From NCBI RefSeq assembly GCF_006345805.1, contig NC_043006.1, positions 62,000,001-62,064,000 on the forward strand: a DNA stretch of 64,000 nt. The letters are read 5' to 3'. The stretch comes from Octopus sinensis (Eukaryota). Shown piece after piece: positions 48,313-62,799 of this stretch. The notes under the pieces were generated by a model. The model was given only the letters and a program-made list of their open reading frames with translations, made no database searches and was not told the DNA's origin. Position numbers and translations under genes: made by a program. The first letter of the stretch is position 1. Each line of letters opens with the position of its first letter.

Positions 48313-51300
48313 CCTAAATATTAATAGGGTCTGGTGAGCTAAAACATAAGTATTAATTTACCACGCTCAGTTGCATGTGTACCATTTGGGTTTATTGCGA
48401 ATGTAGAATTCAAATTTGAATGCCAGAGACTACTATGTTTTCTTCAGATCCAGCATTATCATATATCTATAGGCAAGCTACTTTTCAAATCAAACATGTA
48501 AAGCAATATTGAGCCTTTTATAAGAAAATTTCTAAAATAACTAATACTATGACTAGTTTCCTCTCATAAAATCGGTAACAAATAAATTGATATATTCTTG
48601 ACTGATTTTAGAAATCATAATGAGTGTTAGTAGACCATTAAATGCGCGTTATATGGGATTTATTAAGGGAAGAATGACGTTCCTTTTTAGTGTGAGCAAT
48701 TATTATTAACTGTATTATACTGAATCATTTGATTTCGTAAGTAGCTTCTCGTGAACTGTTAGTATCATTAACTTTCTGAAAACAACAATGTTTTCAGTTC
48801 AGTATTTGATGCATGAATTTCGAAGTTACCTAGCCAACATGCAATCGCACTATCACATGTCGTACAAATTACGATGAACTTAGCTAAAATGAAATGAGCA
48901 GTAATATTAACGCCTGCATTAACAGCGAAAGAAACATTTGCTCAAAAGATCAATCAACGTTAAATGTAACATATATAATATATATATATATATATATAAT
49001 GACAACTTCATTTATCGAATTCAGAAACAGATGGACACATGAAAGGAAAATATTTAACGGACAAGAAAACATAGTATTTGTTGTCGGAGTACGGACTTTC
49101 ACCATATAAAGAAATGTAATAGGAATAACGTATGAAATACGTGCGACAATAAAATTACGTGAGGCAGAAAGTGTAGTGCTTCTGCATAAAAAAATACATA
49201 TACGAATAGTGCAACAGAGAAAGATAAATTTAGCCAATAATATAGATATATCTCTTGAGTTGAGCTTTAGTTTACTATACAATTCTGTGGTGTCAAATAC
49301 ATTATTGCAACACACGTTATGATATTGTGATCGGACCAATTCATTACAAGAACACCTGGAAGAATTTCCATTTGATCCTCGTCAAACTGATTAATTATAG
49401 AATTCAGTCGAGTGTAAGTATGTAGGCTTCTGCTGAACTGAATCTTCGATCGATTCACAAACCGGTTGCCATTATTCATGTTCGAAGCAAAATCATATGC
49501 CCAGTATATAGTAGGAACGGAAAATGTATTTACACACCTGCTTAGTACGAGCGTTTAGAAGGAAAATAGGTTAATGATGTATGCTGATTGGATGTAAACT
49601 ATGGCATCCAACTGATAGGAAACTAGTTTCGGTAAGTCACCGTATTTCCTTCTGCTCACTGAGATAACTAATTCTGTTGCCAAATGAATAAATGTCAGTA
49701 GTATTTTATGTGAATATTAAAGCAATGAAGTGTGCAATCGAGTGTTCTGCTAATTTTCAAATATGACAGAGTTTTATAAGAAGGTCACACATGTCAACAA
49801 CAAAGAAAAGTAATTGAATGACGGTATGTTTTGTTTTAACATTTGTGGCAAAAGCCATTTAATACGTATCATGTAGGCGTCAGAACCTGTGCCGATAACA
49901 AAGCAAAAATAGAACAAAAATATGAGAAAGAAAAATAGAAGTAATTTTTTTTTAATTATTAGGAAGTCATTTGCCTATATTTCCAGAATTATTTTCACTG
50001 ATTTAATAAATTTCTAGTGTAAAATATAGTTTTTTATAAATAAATTATGAACTACGCATAATACAGTTACACAAGCAATTTCTAACTTCAATGTGTGGTC
50101 ACGTTCGATAGCAAAGTATACAATAATGATACCAAACGCATGGAATGTGTTAGGTTTCACACAGTCAAGAGTATGCTCACGGATGATTTAAGTCAGACGT
50201 TTAAGTTAAATTTTCCAAGTGTAAATACAGCCTTTTCTTTTTTTTATATTTCTATCATTGGTTTACGGTGATATTGATCTATTCAGAATCCTGTTGAGAT
50301 CTTTATTTCACTCTATCGCTTGTTTTGTTTTTTCATTTGCTTGTATGTTTTTTTTATTATAATTGTATTATAATCAATTTCTCCGTCCATGCATCGATCT
50401 AACCGAATTTAATGTAAAGAATTATCTGTTGCAGTAAATCAAAAGCCATATAAAAGTTAGATCTTCCGATATATCTATTCTAATAAAAAATATCTAAAAA
50501 TTCAAACTGTTGAATATTACTTCAAAATACTATTATGTTCAATTTCGGTTCGTTATTCGGTCTTTCTAATAAAGATGTAGAAAGAAGGAAAAGTGTAAGG
50601 AGATTAGGGATGATATATTATGATTTTGGTTCTCATCCTGGCGCCATTCGTAGAGATTCGCATTGTCTGCAAATTCATCAGTATTGAGGTAAATTGAGAA
50701 GGAATATGCAGTGCTAAAAGCAAGGCATCCTGACAGACTGTTGTCGAAAGTAAGTTTTTTTATATCAGATATTTAATAAATATTCGAAGACGTAAAGAAT
50801 AACCCTTTTTAAATATCCATAACATTGGAGTGACGTGAATTACAAAAAATAACGTGTTATTGTTTAAAAATGGAATTTTGATATTGCTTCTAAAATTCCT
50901 AAGGTGCTTGTTGTTGAGAATTATTTCCAGTAGCCGAGGGTCTGCAAAATTTATGAAGTTTTTGCGTATTCTGTAGAAATGATAAAGCAGTTTCTTTTCA
51001 AATATCTTCTTCGGACCTAATTTTATTGGTATTAATGTTATTAATGAAGGTTTTTATTATCATGGTTGGGTGATTTGCATTGGCCATGCGTATCCACGTA
51101 TGACATATCCACAACAGTGGATATGTCATGTTATGCATATTATGGGTATGGGTGACTTATTTTAAGTCTGTGGTGGCTACGATGAACATAAACTTTCTAA
51201 TATCTCATTAGTTTAAGAGTAATTCATGTTTATTTTAACTTAAAATATATCATTCCACTACAGAATTATATTCAACTAATAGCACTTTTAAAGGCAGCAG

Positions 51301-53744
51301 CTGTCAGTTACTAAATGAAACATTAGTGCACCCAAAATTATTCGGAGGTCATTTGAAATGCAATCTCTCAGGCAAGAACACAGAATTGGAGGAGATAAAT
51401 AATTTTAGGGTATTGGCCACTACACACAAAATTATATGTAGTAAATAACTGAGAAGAAAAAGCTTTGAGAAGAACTGAGTGGAAGAAGCGTATAAGGGAT
51501 AGTTGTAAAACGTTTGAAAATGGTCGCCTTAAGTACGTAATCGTAAAGTGCTGAATTCGGACAGCCGTCATCAAATCCTGAATGAAAGCACGAAAAGCAT
51601 AAAATAATGGAGGTATGAAACAAGTGGCCTCGTACTCTTTTCTAAGGCTGGGAATGTCAAACGCTTGAAGTCCCATGGAAAATCAACTGTATGTAAAGTC
51701 CTTCATTCTTTGCCTGGTAATTCGACAAGTACAGAGTGTGAAAGTTCTTCCAAGTGGATTTCGGATCTGAGGAGACATATAGCGGTTCACAGAAACATTA
51801 TATCACAAATCGATGCGATCATTTCAGTGGAAGATACAACTTTCATCTGTCAACTATGATTCAAAATATATAGATCTGCAACGGGAATAAATGTTCATGC
51901 GGAAGATCATAGACAGAAGATTTGAAATGTACAGAGAGACGACAACCATTAATGAAGATGAAGCGATCGCCTTGTATGTATGATGTATATACATATTTAT
52001 AATCTGGATATTGAAGCTGGAATTTTAGTAGCAGTTGTCCATAGTTATTCGCTGTCTCTTTGATTTTCAACAACACTATCTGGTCCGTTATGTTTACACT
52101 TGACAGATGTCTTCATGGAAATGCCCCACCTGTATTCCTTGTATCGATGTTTGTGTGTATATCTAATAACATGGTAAACTCTGCATTTATTCCAGAACAG
52201 CCTTTTGTCTTAAAAACATTGTATATTGCTGTTATGACAACGTTGTGGATTATAGAGAGGCAGTACGTTGATGACATCTTTAGGAAACCGTTGATATTGC
52301 TGTCTTCCACAGAAATGTGACATAATCCACAGTTTATTGCCTGTATGTACGTAGGTATGTACGTGTGTATGCATATGCGTGCGTACGTATGCATGTATGT
52401 ATTATCCATGCATGCCTGCCTGCATATGTATGCATGCATGCCTGAATATGTATGTATGTCATTGTTCAGTTTTATTTCAAGATTTCTTGCCCACAGAGAA
52501 AGAGCCGATTTCAAAACTTGATTCAAGGCTCATGTAGGGTCATCATCTCATCTGATGCGGTAGAGACGTGCAACTTATTTGGGCATGTATTCCAGGTTAT
52601 CAGACAAAGAATGTTGCTCAAGGAGATGCCTTCTAAGTCTTATGATGTTACCAACCTCATGCATGCAAACCTGGTCAAGCGATGCACTTTGACACATCGT
52701 GGTTAAACGATGTTGCTGAAAGTATTTTGGATCAATGTTAAGCCGCTGCCGCCTTATATTCGTTTCAGGTAGAGGCGGTCTTACGTCATTATTCATGTGC
52801 AAATTATGTGTGTTTTTTAGTATTTTTAGGGTTTTCACATAAATGGCTTGGATCTGATAAAGCGTCCAAATCAAGCAGCACAAATATTAATATGATTACT
52901 GGCACTGAAAACATATTGTGGGCCACTGTTTTATTGAATGCAGAGAGTTCTGAGGTCCAAATTTTCTTTATTCGTCTTTAATATTCTATAGTGATACGTG
53001 CTTTCTTACATGTACCATTGTAAGATATATTTTCATCCACATCTGTACCATTCCTCGTCAGATATAAGGGAAGCAATCAAATCATTGTTGGATACGTTGC
53101 TTGTCTGGTATGTAGTTGTTCAACTTCTCACAACCATATAACAACATTAATATTGACCAAACTCCAATCCTACATCTGTATAACTAGGGCAAAGCTCTTT
53201 TTCATCGCATGCATATTATTTTCATAATGATTCAAGTCAGACATAAAGAAACAGTGTGTGATTTTGGTGTTTCAGTTTCCTTGTGAACCAGCGAGACATC
53301 CTTCAGATTTCCTTAACATGAATGACAAGGGGTTTACCGAAAGTATAAACAACATCACAGAGAAGTTTGCATGTATATATGTATGTATATATGTATGTAA
53401 ATATATATGTATGTATGCATGTGTGTATGTATGTATGTATGTATGTATGTATGTATGTTATTGATAGAAAGAGCAATTAACTGCAAGCAGCTCATTCAAA
53501 GCGATTTCTTAAACAGAAGAATGTTGACATAATCAGCTTTGTTATTAATCGCAGCATTAAGTCTTATTATTTTTACATATACACAAATTACTATTGTCAT
53601 TCCTATCTTGAATTTTATGTTTCTACGCAGCATTCAATGATTAGACGAATCCATATGAAGTACACATGTTAAAGGTATTGTGTATTGAAACACTACTTAA
53701 GATTAAGTTGTAAAGTAAACAAGGGAGTACACTAGTCTCTCGTC

Positions 53745-53946
53745 ATATTGCGTTTCACCTATCGCGGTTTATTATTTAAGCTTCCGTCGATTCCTACGTG
53801 GTGTTGTTTTGAATTTATAATAACATACAAATATATATGTATATTAATTACAAAAATAATAAAATGTATATAGTTCTGTGTCTATTGTTTCACCTATCGC
53901 GGAGGGTTTTCGAACCTAACACCCGCGATAGTCAAGAGATTACTAT
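53745..53946 (-). mobile_element. pogo/Tigger-like MITE end
   Basis: The minus strand begins TATAGTAATCTCTTGACTATCGCGGGTGTTAGGTTCGAAAACCCTCCGCGATAGGTGAAA; TTTCACCTATCGCGG is repeated near 53754 and 53888. Confidence 0.45.
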
Positions 53947-54462
53947 ATATTAATTAATCAATTCTTTAATATGTTTTTAAAATTGTAAAAATGCATTGCA
54001 CACGTGATTACCGGTATCAGAATATCGTAAACGGAATATCGAAATACTGGAATGCGATTTTTCCACTAAGTGAATCCAGGAAAAGGATAATGCTAACATT
54101 GTATGCAGAGGACTTTGGGTAAAGACTTGTTTCCTAGAGTTCCTGAATAAGTAATAATGCAGGCTTCGTAATTTAAACACAACTATGTAATTTCTGCTAT
54201 TTATCTACTAATTTGCTTTCTTTTGTGCATGGCACTAGGAAGGCGACAGTGTAAGTTTGGCAGATATATTTTATATTACTCGATTGGTTGCACAATGAGA
54301 GGTAGAAAATGAGTATCATTACACAAACTAATATATAACAAACATGTTCCCAGATTCGTATAGTTTATAAAATGGAAAAGTACTTTTGGGTGTTATAACC
54401 CTAATCGTATATTGATTCCAGTTTACAAACGAGTTCACCATTACTCAAAACAAAATAGAATA

Positions 54463-54501
<39 letters not shown>

Positions 54502-55612
54502 GTGTGTGTGTGAGCATGTTCATGGGCGTGATTGTATTTGATATATATCTATACATATATATATATATGAAGTGAGACAAAGGAAGAAAGAGGAATTGAT
54601 GGTGGCTGTGTTTGTGTCTAACGATATTTTGGTCAGCGTTTAACAGAATCGAGTGAGGAAATCCTTTAACTTAGCTGTTCTACCAATATAGAGAACTCTA
54701 ACTGTGACGTTCTGCTTAATATACCTAATTTAATTGTTTTCATTAATTACATTTTGGCAATTTGGTGCAGTAGAGATAACGTTTTTCAATCAGCTCTAAG
54801 GAATATTTTTAATCACAAAATATTTTAGGGTATTTTTGTTGTTGCGCAGTTTGAGATTCTAAAGAATATATTATTAAGCATTTTGTGATTTCTCTTGAAA
54901 TTCCATTTTTATGAATCATTAGAGTAAATTGCAGCATTAACAACAACTAAAATATTTGCTACTTTATAATAAAATATTAGTATCAGTATTGCTAATGTTG
55001 ATGTATATGTGAAAATCTAATGCTTATTTGCTGATGAATATTAGAGACTATAATTTTAGCTTATCTGTGGAGCCTTCATTAGGCTTTATTACGTATGTTG
55101 ATAGCACCAATATTTATTTTAATACGATTATAATCCTTATTTCCCAATTAATATTGCTTACTCAGCTTCGTACATTGTATTGGCAAGTGTAAAGTTGATC
55201 TTAATATTAATTCGATTTTCATTCGGTTTTCTTTGCAATATGCATAAAGTGATATCTAAAATTGTACGATGGTTGAATTAAGGCTGATGGCCGATCTTGT
55301 TTCCAATTCCTTGTATTTGTTAAATCAACTGTTTCTGAAAATATATCTACATGATAACCTCCATTCTGCTTATAGTACTTTTGGTCTACAGCACTGTAAC
55401 TCTTCAGTTAAATCAGTTCCTTAACCTGACTACGATGTTCATCTAAATCTTCAAAGGTACAAATCAAGTGACTGAATATTTTATCGACGTCAGCGTTAAA
55501 TCATTACAGGAAAGGAAATTATGGGAGTTAACACTTTAAAATGTTAGTTAACATATCCCTACATTCATACAGTGGTATACAAACATGAAGTGTTTAGAAA
55601 TATTTATATAAT

Positions 55613-56009
55613 AGGCGCAAGAGTGGATGTGTGTTAAGTAGCTTGCTAACTAGCCACATGGTTCCGGGTTCAGTCCCACTTCGTGGCATCTTGGGCAAGT
55701 GTCTTCTGCTATAGCCCTATGTCGACCAATGCCTTGCGAGTGGATTTGGTAGACGGAAACTGAAAACCCGTCGTATATATGTATATATATATATGTATAT
55801 ATGTATGTGTGTGTCTGTGTTTGTCCCCCTAGCATTGCTTGACAACCGATGCTGGTGTGTTTACGTCCGCGTCACTTAGCGGTTTGGCAAAAGAGATTGA
55901 TAGAATAAGTACTGGACTTACAAAGAATAAGTCCCGGGGTCGATTTGCTCGACTAAAGGCGGTGCTACAGCATGGCCGCAGTCAAATGACTGAAACAATT
56001 AAAAGAGTA
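55613..56009 (+). mobile_element. Full-length tRNA-derived SINE with internal TA/TG tract
   Basis: tRNA-like head (GGCGCAAGAGTGG...CCGGGTTCAGTCCC), central microsatellite, 3' end CAGCATGGCCGCAGTCAAATGACTGAAAC; several copies in the window. Confidence 0.9.
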
Positions 56010-56574
56010 TACAAGTACACAAAAACTGAGACGACGTAAATATGCTAAAGCGACGCAGTATTTCAAAATTCATTTACAAAAGTGAATAGCGTGAAAGGGG
56101 ATGTTCGTCCACCTAGAGATGTTGCCTATGCTGAAAAGCAACAATTACCAAATATTGACTTTCGAACCTGCCAGAATATATTGAGAATGAGCAGATACGT
56201 CACTGCTTAGATTCTCGTGTTTTTGCCTCTATCGCATAAGTTATTATTTACCTAGGAGACACCAACAGGCATCAGCAAATAATTTGCCTACTGATTTCTA
56301 TAAAAAGGAACCTGTGTTCTTGTCAGCGTTGTAGCGTAGCTTTGACTGAGGAGAAAAGTAATAATATTTGAAACACTTATTGTTTTAAAGTCTCTCTACA
56401 CTGATGAACCACGAACAAAAAACACCCGATAGATATTCGCGCTTTAATATGCGACGTGTTGAGAATAAGTAGATACTTTAGACAGTTCTATACATTAATT
56501 CGAAGATATTAGATTAGATGCCAGATATCACTTTCCACTTTATGATACAGAACTCATTATGCTTGTGTATGTGC

Positions 56575-56626
<52 letters not shown>

Positions 56627-57278
56627 GAGTGTGTCTTTGTGTGTGTGTGTGTGCGCACGCACATGTCCTTGCGTCTGTGTGTGTTTGTGAGTGCATCTCA
56701 TTTAAATTATAGAATTATTTTTCCTTCAGCTCCGGCAAAATAAAACATCAGCTGGATTGTAATCATTAAAGACAAAGCTAAGAATGCTGATATGTGCATA
56801 TATGTGCATAGAAAAAATAAATAAATAATACATACATATCACAACTACATACATATCACAAGTCACGTGGGGCGGATGTTCTTGTAAAAGTTTGGTGTGT
56901 CCACACAAGCCAAGCAGAATGCCACTTCTTACGTTTCATTTTTCATGAAGTACAAAGTCCCAAATCAATCCAAGATTTAAGGAGGGTAAATGGACATGTG
57001 TGTGAAATGTATAGGGGAGCATGCAATCAACAAGGTGTTTTTTAGAAAATAATGAATTTTGGTACCTTGCATTGACTGAGGCGTCAGTAACAGATTCTCC
57101 AAGGTAAACTCCATACCCTTTTTGGTGTTGTACTGAACATGTGTTAAACATCATGAGGACATAAAGTATGCAGTTCAACAGGCAAACCCAGGTATTAAGC
57201 AATTTTTAACGAAGTATTGATTGAAATTGAGAATCAAGTTTTGTCCATGGGAGGCAAAAATTTGCAAGAGCATGTAGA

Positions 57279-57279
<1 letters not shown>

Positions 57280-57317
<38 letters not shown>

Positions 57318-57369
57318 GTGTATGCATAGATATACATATATATACATATACACTTGGATATATATATTC

Positions 57370-57404
<35 letters not shown>

Positions 57405-57540
57405 GCATATACGCATATATACATACATACATACATACATACATACATACATACATACATACATACATACATACATACATACATACATACATACATACAT
57501 ACATGCATATATACATACATACATATATATTTTTTATGCA
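57280..57540. repeat. Compound TA/TG/(TACA)n tract
   Basis: Directly visible. Confidence 0.95.
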
Positions 57541-57779
57541 TATATGTATATTTGTGTGGGGTGGGTGTATTAGGGAATTTTTGATAATATAAAAGGTTGA
57601 ATCCAAACTTTTTCCGATTTTCTTTGATGAATTTTGGCAAGTTGTATCTTGATGTTACATCTTATATTTGATGCAACTTGTGCAATCGTTCTTGAGATCT
57701 TAATCTTGTTTTCATATATAACATATACACATTATTTGTCTATTCTTTATTTTACAAGTTTGATTGGAAATAGTGAAGA

Positions 57780-58450
57780 ACTTGCAAATACCTCTGGAAA
57801 AATAGTGGAAAAGAGTACAAGAGCGCTGACGATAGAGGTTAATGATGAGGAGAGCCCAGGAATTGCGAATGAATGTGCTAACAACCCCGAGGAAAAACCA
57901 ATGTCAGAAGATGAGTCCCTGCTTCAAATAGATGAGCAACATACAAGCATGTAAACTAATGCCTTGTCGAAAGGACTTGGTCCTTCGCAAAGGAACGTCA
58001 ATGGACACATCGATAAACTACTCTTGAACTGATGAAAAATTATGCTCAATGATTTGCAAACGTTTTCAAAAACTACTGGCAAACACTAGAGATGCCCATT
58101 TCTGGCATCGAATTGTAATTGGGGGTGAAAAATTATCTATTTTTGTAATCCCAATAAAAGAAATATGTGGCTTCCTTCCGACCAGAATTCGGAACCGCGT
58201 TTTAAACAAAAAGGAATTTTGTGCCTTTAGTGGAATTTCATGGTGGGGGTGCAGTAAGGGCTTGTTCCAGTTTTTCATGGTGTAAACGCTTGCATTTACG
58301 ATAACTGCAGCACGTAAATGATGTTATGAAAGATTGCTACCCGAGGCAATCGAAGACTAGCCCTCCTGTTTTATGAACGTGCCCCAGAACTCAGTGCAAA
58401 TGTGATGAAGCGCAATGATTAGAAATTGAGCATCTGACATGACAGTGACA
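57780..58450 (+). mobile_element. Mariner remnant E, highly decayed
   Basis: ICKRFQKLLANTRDAHFWHRIVIGGEK corresponds to the mariner FLxRIVTGDEKW motif; HTH-like LSKGLGPSQRNVNGHIDKL lies upstream. Confidence 0.6.
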
Positions 58451-58799
58451 ACAGACGTTGGAATATGATGGGATATATTGAGATGAAGAGAAGTTTCACG
58501 TGCTAAAATTGTTCCATTAATTAAAACTTTGATTGAATACTTGAAATAGGTTTAGAATTAAAAGATATTAATATATTAAATTCCACAGAAACATTTTGCA
58601 CATGAACAAATAAATCTTAAACGGATTTATGATCTTTGTTCTGTGGTTTTCAACGTCTAATTTGTCTTTTCTATTACGTAATTGTTCCAACGTTAGCACA
58701 CAACCTCTGATCAATACATCGCTTATTAGAACGATGCAATACTTTGCCGAAATGTGCATATTCATGGACACACACACATATACAAAGACGTGCACACAC

Positions 58800-59233
58800 A
58801 TGTGCATATATATATATATATATATATAAAGCTATTTAAAAGTATGTATGTATATATGTGTGTGCTTGTATGTATATATATTTATAAATATATAGATGTA
58901 TATATGTATATATATATAAATATACATATGTATATATATATGTATATATATATCTATATATATCTATATATATGCATATGTACATATGTGTATATATATA
59001 TTTGTAGATATATATATAAATATATGTATAGATATGCATATATATGCATATATATATTCGTCTATATATGCGTGTAAATATATATATAAATGTATATGAT
59101 GTATATGTCTGTATACATATATATATATGTATATGCGTGTGTGTATATATATATATGCATATATATATATGTATATATATATATTTGTATATATGTATAT
59201 ATATCTATATGTATATGCATACGTATATATGTA

Positions 59234-59280
<47 letters not shown>

Positions 59281-59410
59281 GTATATGTCTATGTATAATG
59301 ATATGTATATTTATATATAGATATATATATGTATATGCATATATGTATATATATACGTATACACATGTGTATATATATATGTATAAACATATATATATTT
59401 ATATATATAT
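58800..59410. repeat. Long degenerate TA/TG tract
   Basis: Directly visible. Confidence 0.95.
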
Positions 59411-59452
59411 ATGGGCTACCTTGTACTTTTGCTTGTATTATTATTATTATTA

Positions 59453-59857
59453 CTTTTTTTTTTCTTCTTTCAAATTTGCTTCCATTTCTTGCCGAGTGTC
59501 TTCCCGACTCCTAGGGCAAAGAAACTCATAGTATACATTGGTAGGCCATTAAACCAAACTCAGTAGTTCGTTCATTTTTTTGTTTTTTTTGTTTTAAAGT
59601 TAAATTAAGATACATGAGCAGCAACAGTTCTCACATCGACAATGCTCTTCTCAATACGTGTGATGTACCAGTTAAGACAATCTTTTGCACTTCTTGCAGG
59701 GATGGTAAGCCAGGGATCATTTTCATATAATTTTCGGTTCCCTTCTTGATCATTCCTAGTGCTCCTACGATCACTGGTATTGTAACCGCCTTGAGATGCC
59801 ACATTTTCTCAATTTCAATGAGTAGGTCTTTATATTTTCTGAGCTTGTCAAACTCTT

Positions 59858-59859
<2 letters not shown>
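59453..59859 (-). mobile_element. 5'-truncated R4/Dong-like element between (TAA)n tracts
   Basis: KEFDKLRKYKDLLIEIEKMWHLKAVTIPVIVGALGMIKKG...HVLRRALSM*. Confidence 0.88.
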
Positions 59860-59929
<70 letters not shown>

Positions 59930-59935
<6 letters not shown>

Positions 59936-60290
59936 TAGTTTTATTTTTATAGCGTGCTTTCACTTCACTACCGAGCGCAGCTCTGTGTGCCTTGGGTATG
60001 TGCTGTGATTTGTTGTGATGCTCTGATGGTTATTGTATGGAAAGTGTTCTGCGTAGGATGTGTGCAGTGCCTAGTAGTGCAATTTTCTGTATGTTATATG
60101 TGTTTGTAAGTCATGGTGTTTTTGTTATGTATTTGTCTGAATATTTTTTTATCATGCCTAATGCACCTACTATGATAGGAATTGTTTCTGTTTTCAGATT
60201 CCACATTCTAGTTACCTCTATTTCCAGGTCTTTGTATTTTGAGAGTTTCTCCATTTCTTTTAGAGACACGTTGTCATCAGCCGGTATTGA
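59930..60290 (-). mobile_element. 5'-truncated copy of the same R4/Dong family as 11.1 kb
   Basis: Closely similar to 11097-11455 (CAGTAGTTTTATTTTTATAG...GCGCAGCTCTGTGTGCCTTGGGTATG); (TAA)n on both sides. Confidence 0.9.
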
Positions 60291-60302
60291 TTATTATTAT
60301 TA

Positions 60303-60393
<91 letters not shown>

Positions 60394-60419
60394 AGTTAGT
60401 AGTAGTAGTAGTAGTAGCA

Positions 60420-60467
<48 letters not shown>

Positions 60468-60645
60468 ATATTCTTTTTATTATTATATGTTAATTTTAAA
60501 TTGCACGTTTGTTTCAATCACGTTTTTTTACAGCGTCCTAGTGCGACTGAAAGATAAGATATGTTACAGTATGACTGAAAGATTGAGGAGGGGAAGTGGC
60601 AGGAGCAGTAGCGAAATATCATTATGTAATACAACCTCAGACATT

Positions 60646-60870
60646 TAGGTTGAAAGGATTTTTCTAAGGATGTGGTCAGTACTTGTCAGCATAATCGTTT
60701 GAATTTCTCTGAGACATGGTTCTTGGTTATCTAGATGTTTCTGACATCCTTTTTTTTAATCATATCTAAGGCACCTACAATAATAGAAACATTTCTTGCT
60801 TTAAGAGGACACATTTTTGTGTTTCAATTTTCCAGGTCCTTATATGTACTTAAGGCTAACTTTAGTGAAT
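60646..60870 (-). mobile_element. Older R4/Dong-like 3' fragment
   Basis: YKDLE...KARNVSIIVGAL...EPCLREIQTIMLTSTDHILRKILST*, with frameshifts. Confidence 0.7.
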
Positions 60871-62401
60871 CTGCATCTCAGTAGATTTTGAAGTATACTT
60901 TGAACCAGTGTATCATACCAATATCCCTGAATATTTTCCGCGAGAGTGTGAATTAATGCACAAATCTGCAAATAAATATTTTGTATACTGCAAAACAAAC
61001 AGGGATTTCCCTCCTCTGAGGAGCGGACAGATGAATACATCTCCCACTCGCAACAATTACACTGTTACTCACCATCCACCATAGAAAAACATCTTCGGTT
61101 ACAATATTCCTCTCAACAAAACAATGACAAAATCATTTTGGTTATAGCTTATGAACAAGTAAAAGAAGCAAGTTAAGCAGGTGCAGGCATAGTTTCAGAA
61201 ACCATTCATCTTACCAATGATGAACTGAATGAGGCAGAGATGACAAAAGCTTCTCCATCGCGAAACGAAATAAAGCGCTATGCGGTTGGGATGATAAAAG
61301 CATACTGTATCACAAACGGTAGTGTTTCGAGTTACCAACACAAACAGTAATAAAAATGGTTGCACGTACGTATGAGTCCAACTAGAGTGAGAGGAGCAAG
61401 GAACAACAGAGCAACAGCAGCAACAGGAAAAACAGAAAGGGAAACTGCAACAACACAGTAATAACTAGAGCACCCAGCAATAAGAGAAGATGGAATTGCT
61501 TTTTCTACGTTCCTGAAAGAGAGTTATTACAATGTACAGAAGCACACCAGGAAAAATATTTACGGTAGGTGATTCCTTGATGTATTAACTGGGTTTTGTT
61601 TCTTCACATTATATTATTAAACTGAAAACAGGATGTTTAAATTCTGTGGCCGACGTTTAACTAGGAACTCTTAATCAACGCTGCAGTAACACATCATTTA
61701 TGCTGTGATACCTATAGTCATAGATACCAGAAAATGTATTCAAGTATTAAACAAGTTTGTAGAGTACGATATCAATTCGTTTCTTAATATTTTTTTTCTT
61801 TAGTATAACATATTAAACACTTCAAAATATAATGAATTTTGCGCTTCAGATGTAAGTCTATCAATTTTTATCGGGATTCGTAATAACAATAAGTGTTAAA
61901 TTATAGTCGTCGCTCTTGCTACTGAATAATATTCATGGTGTTGCGATATGATTGCTGCATGTGCACAAACAATACGCATATATATCTATATCTAAATCTA
62001 TCTATCTATCTATATATGTGTGTGTCTGTGTGTGTATGCGCGTGTGTGGTGACATGATTGAAGCTGCACCTGGTTACATCATGCAAAATTATGCTTTGTC
62101 ACGGTGACATAAGAACTATATATTACAGATATTTGCGTAGAAACTTAAGACTTAATTCCCATGATCAGATGTTTAAATAATAAGTCGTTACATAACGTTA
62201 AGATTGATAATATTCATCATCATGTTTTCAACAGTTTATGCGTTTCTGCAGCGCAAATTCCGTGTTGCCGAAGTTCACGTAGTATATGGAATTGGGTACG
62301 TATTTTTCATCAGATATGCTTCATAAAGTGATTAGTGTTGTTTCTTACTCTCTTATTTCCTGTTGATCCTTATCCTTTGTCCCGTTGGTGCTGCTATAGT
62401 G

Positions 62402-62615
62402 TTAATGATCCTTTCTACTATAGGCACAAGCCTTGAAATTTACTGGGGTGGTAACAGATAACAACGAGCCTACTTCTCAACAGTTATTTATTTTATCGGC
62501 CGCCTAAGGATAAAATCGATAAGATGACCTCGCTGGATATGAACTGTAGACGAGAAAGTGGATGAAATGCTACGAAGAAGCTTGACTGGTGCGATAACAA
62601 TTCTGCAGCTTGCAG
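62402..62615 (-). mobile_element. Decayed SINE of the 30998 family
   Basis: Minus strand: AGTTCATATCCAGCGAGGTC...GATAAAATAA...AATTTCAAGGCTTGTGCCTATAGTAGAAAGGATC. Confidence 0.6.
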
Positions 62616-62741
62616 AATGACGATGGTGATGATAATGTGCAGAAAGAGACACTGTAAGGCAGTAGGCTGCTGTTCGCTCTCACTCAACCTTCCGGAACAA
62701 ACAAGACTGAGCGCTTTGAGAAATAAAACAAAACAATAATG

Positions 62742-62751
62742 ATTATTATTA

Positions 62752-62799
<48 letters not shown>

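Noticed and set aside
49320-49420. Possible exon ending at GTAAGT
   Set aside because: No clear polypyrimidine acceptor and no recognisable protein.
50640-50690. CTGATGA sites at 7685, 11041, 28685, 47585, 50680, 55031 and 56402
   Set aside because: None has a paired stem II followed by GAAA and a valid NUH/stem I, so they are treated as chance 7-mers.
3714-56009. tRNA genes at 3714, 25812, 42032 and 55613
   Set aside because: Only A/B-box heads without a complete cloverleaf, each followed by a SINE body.
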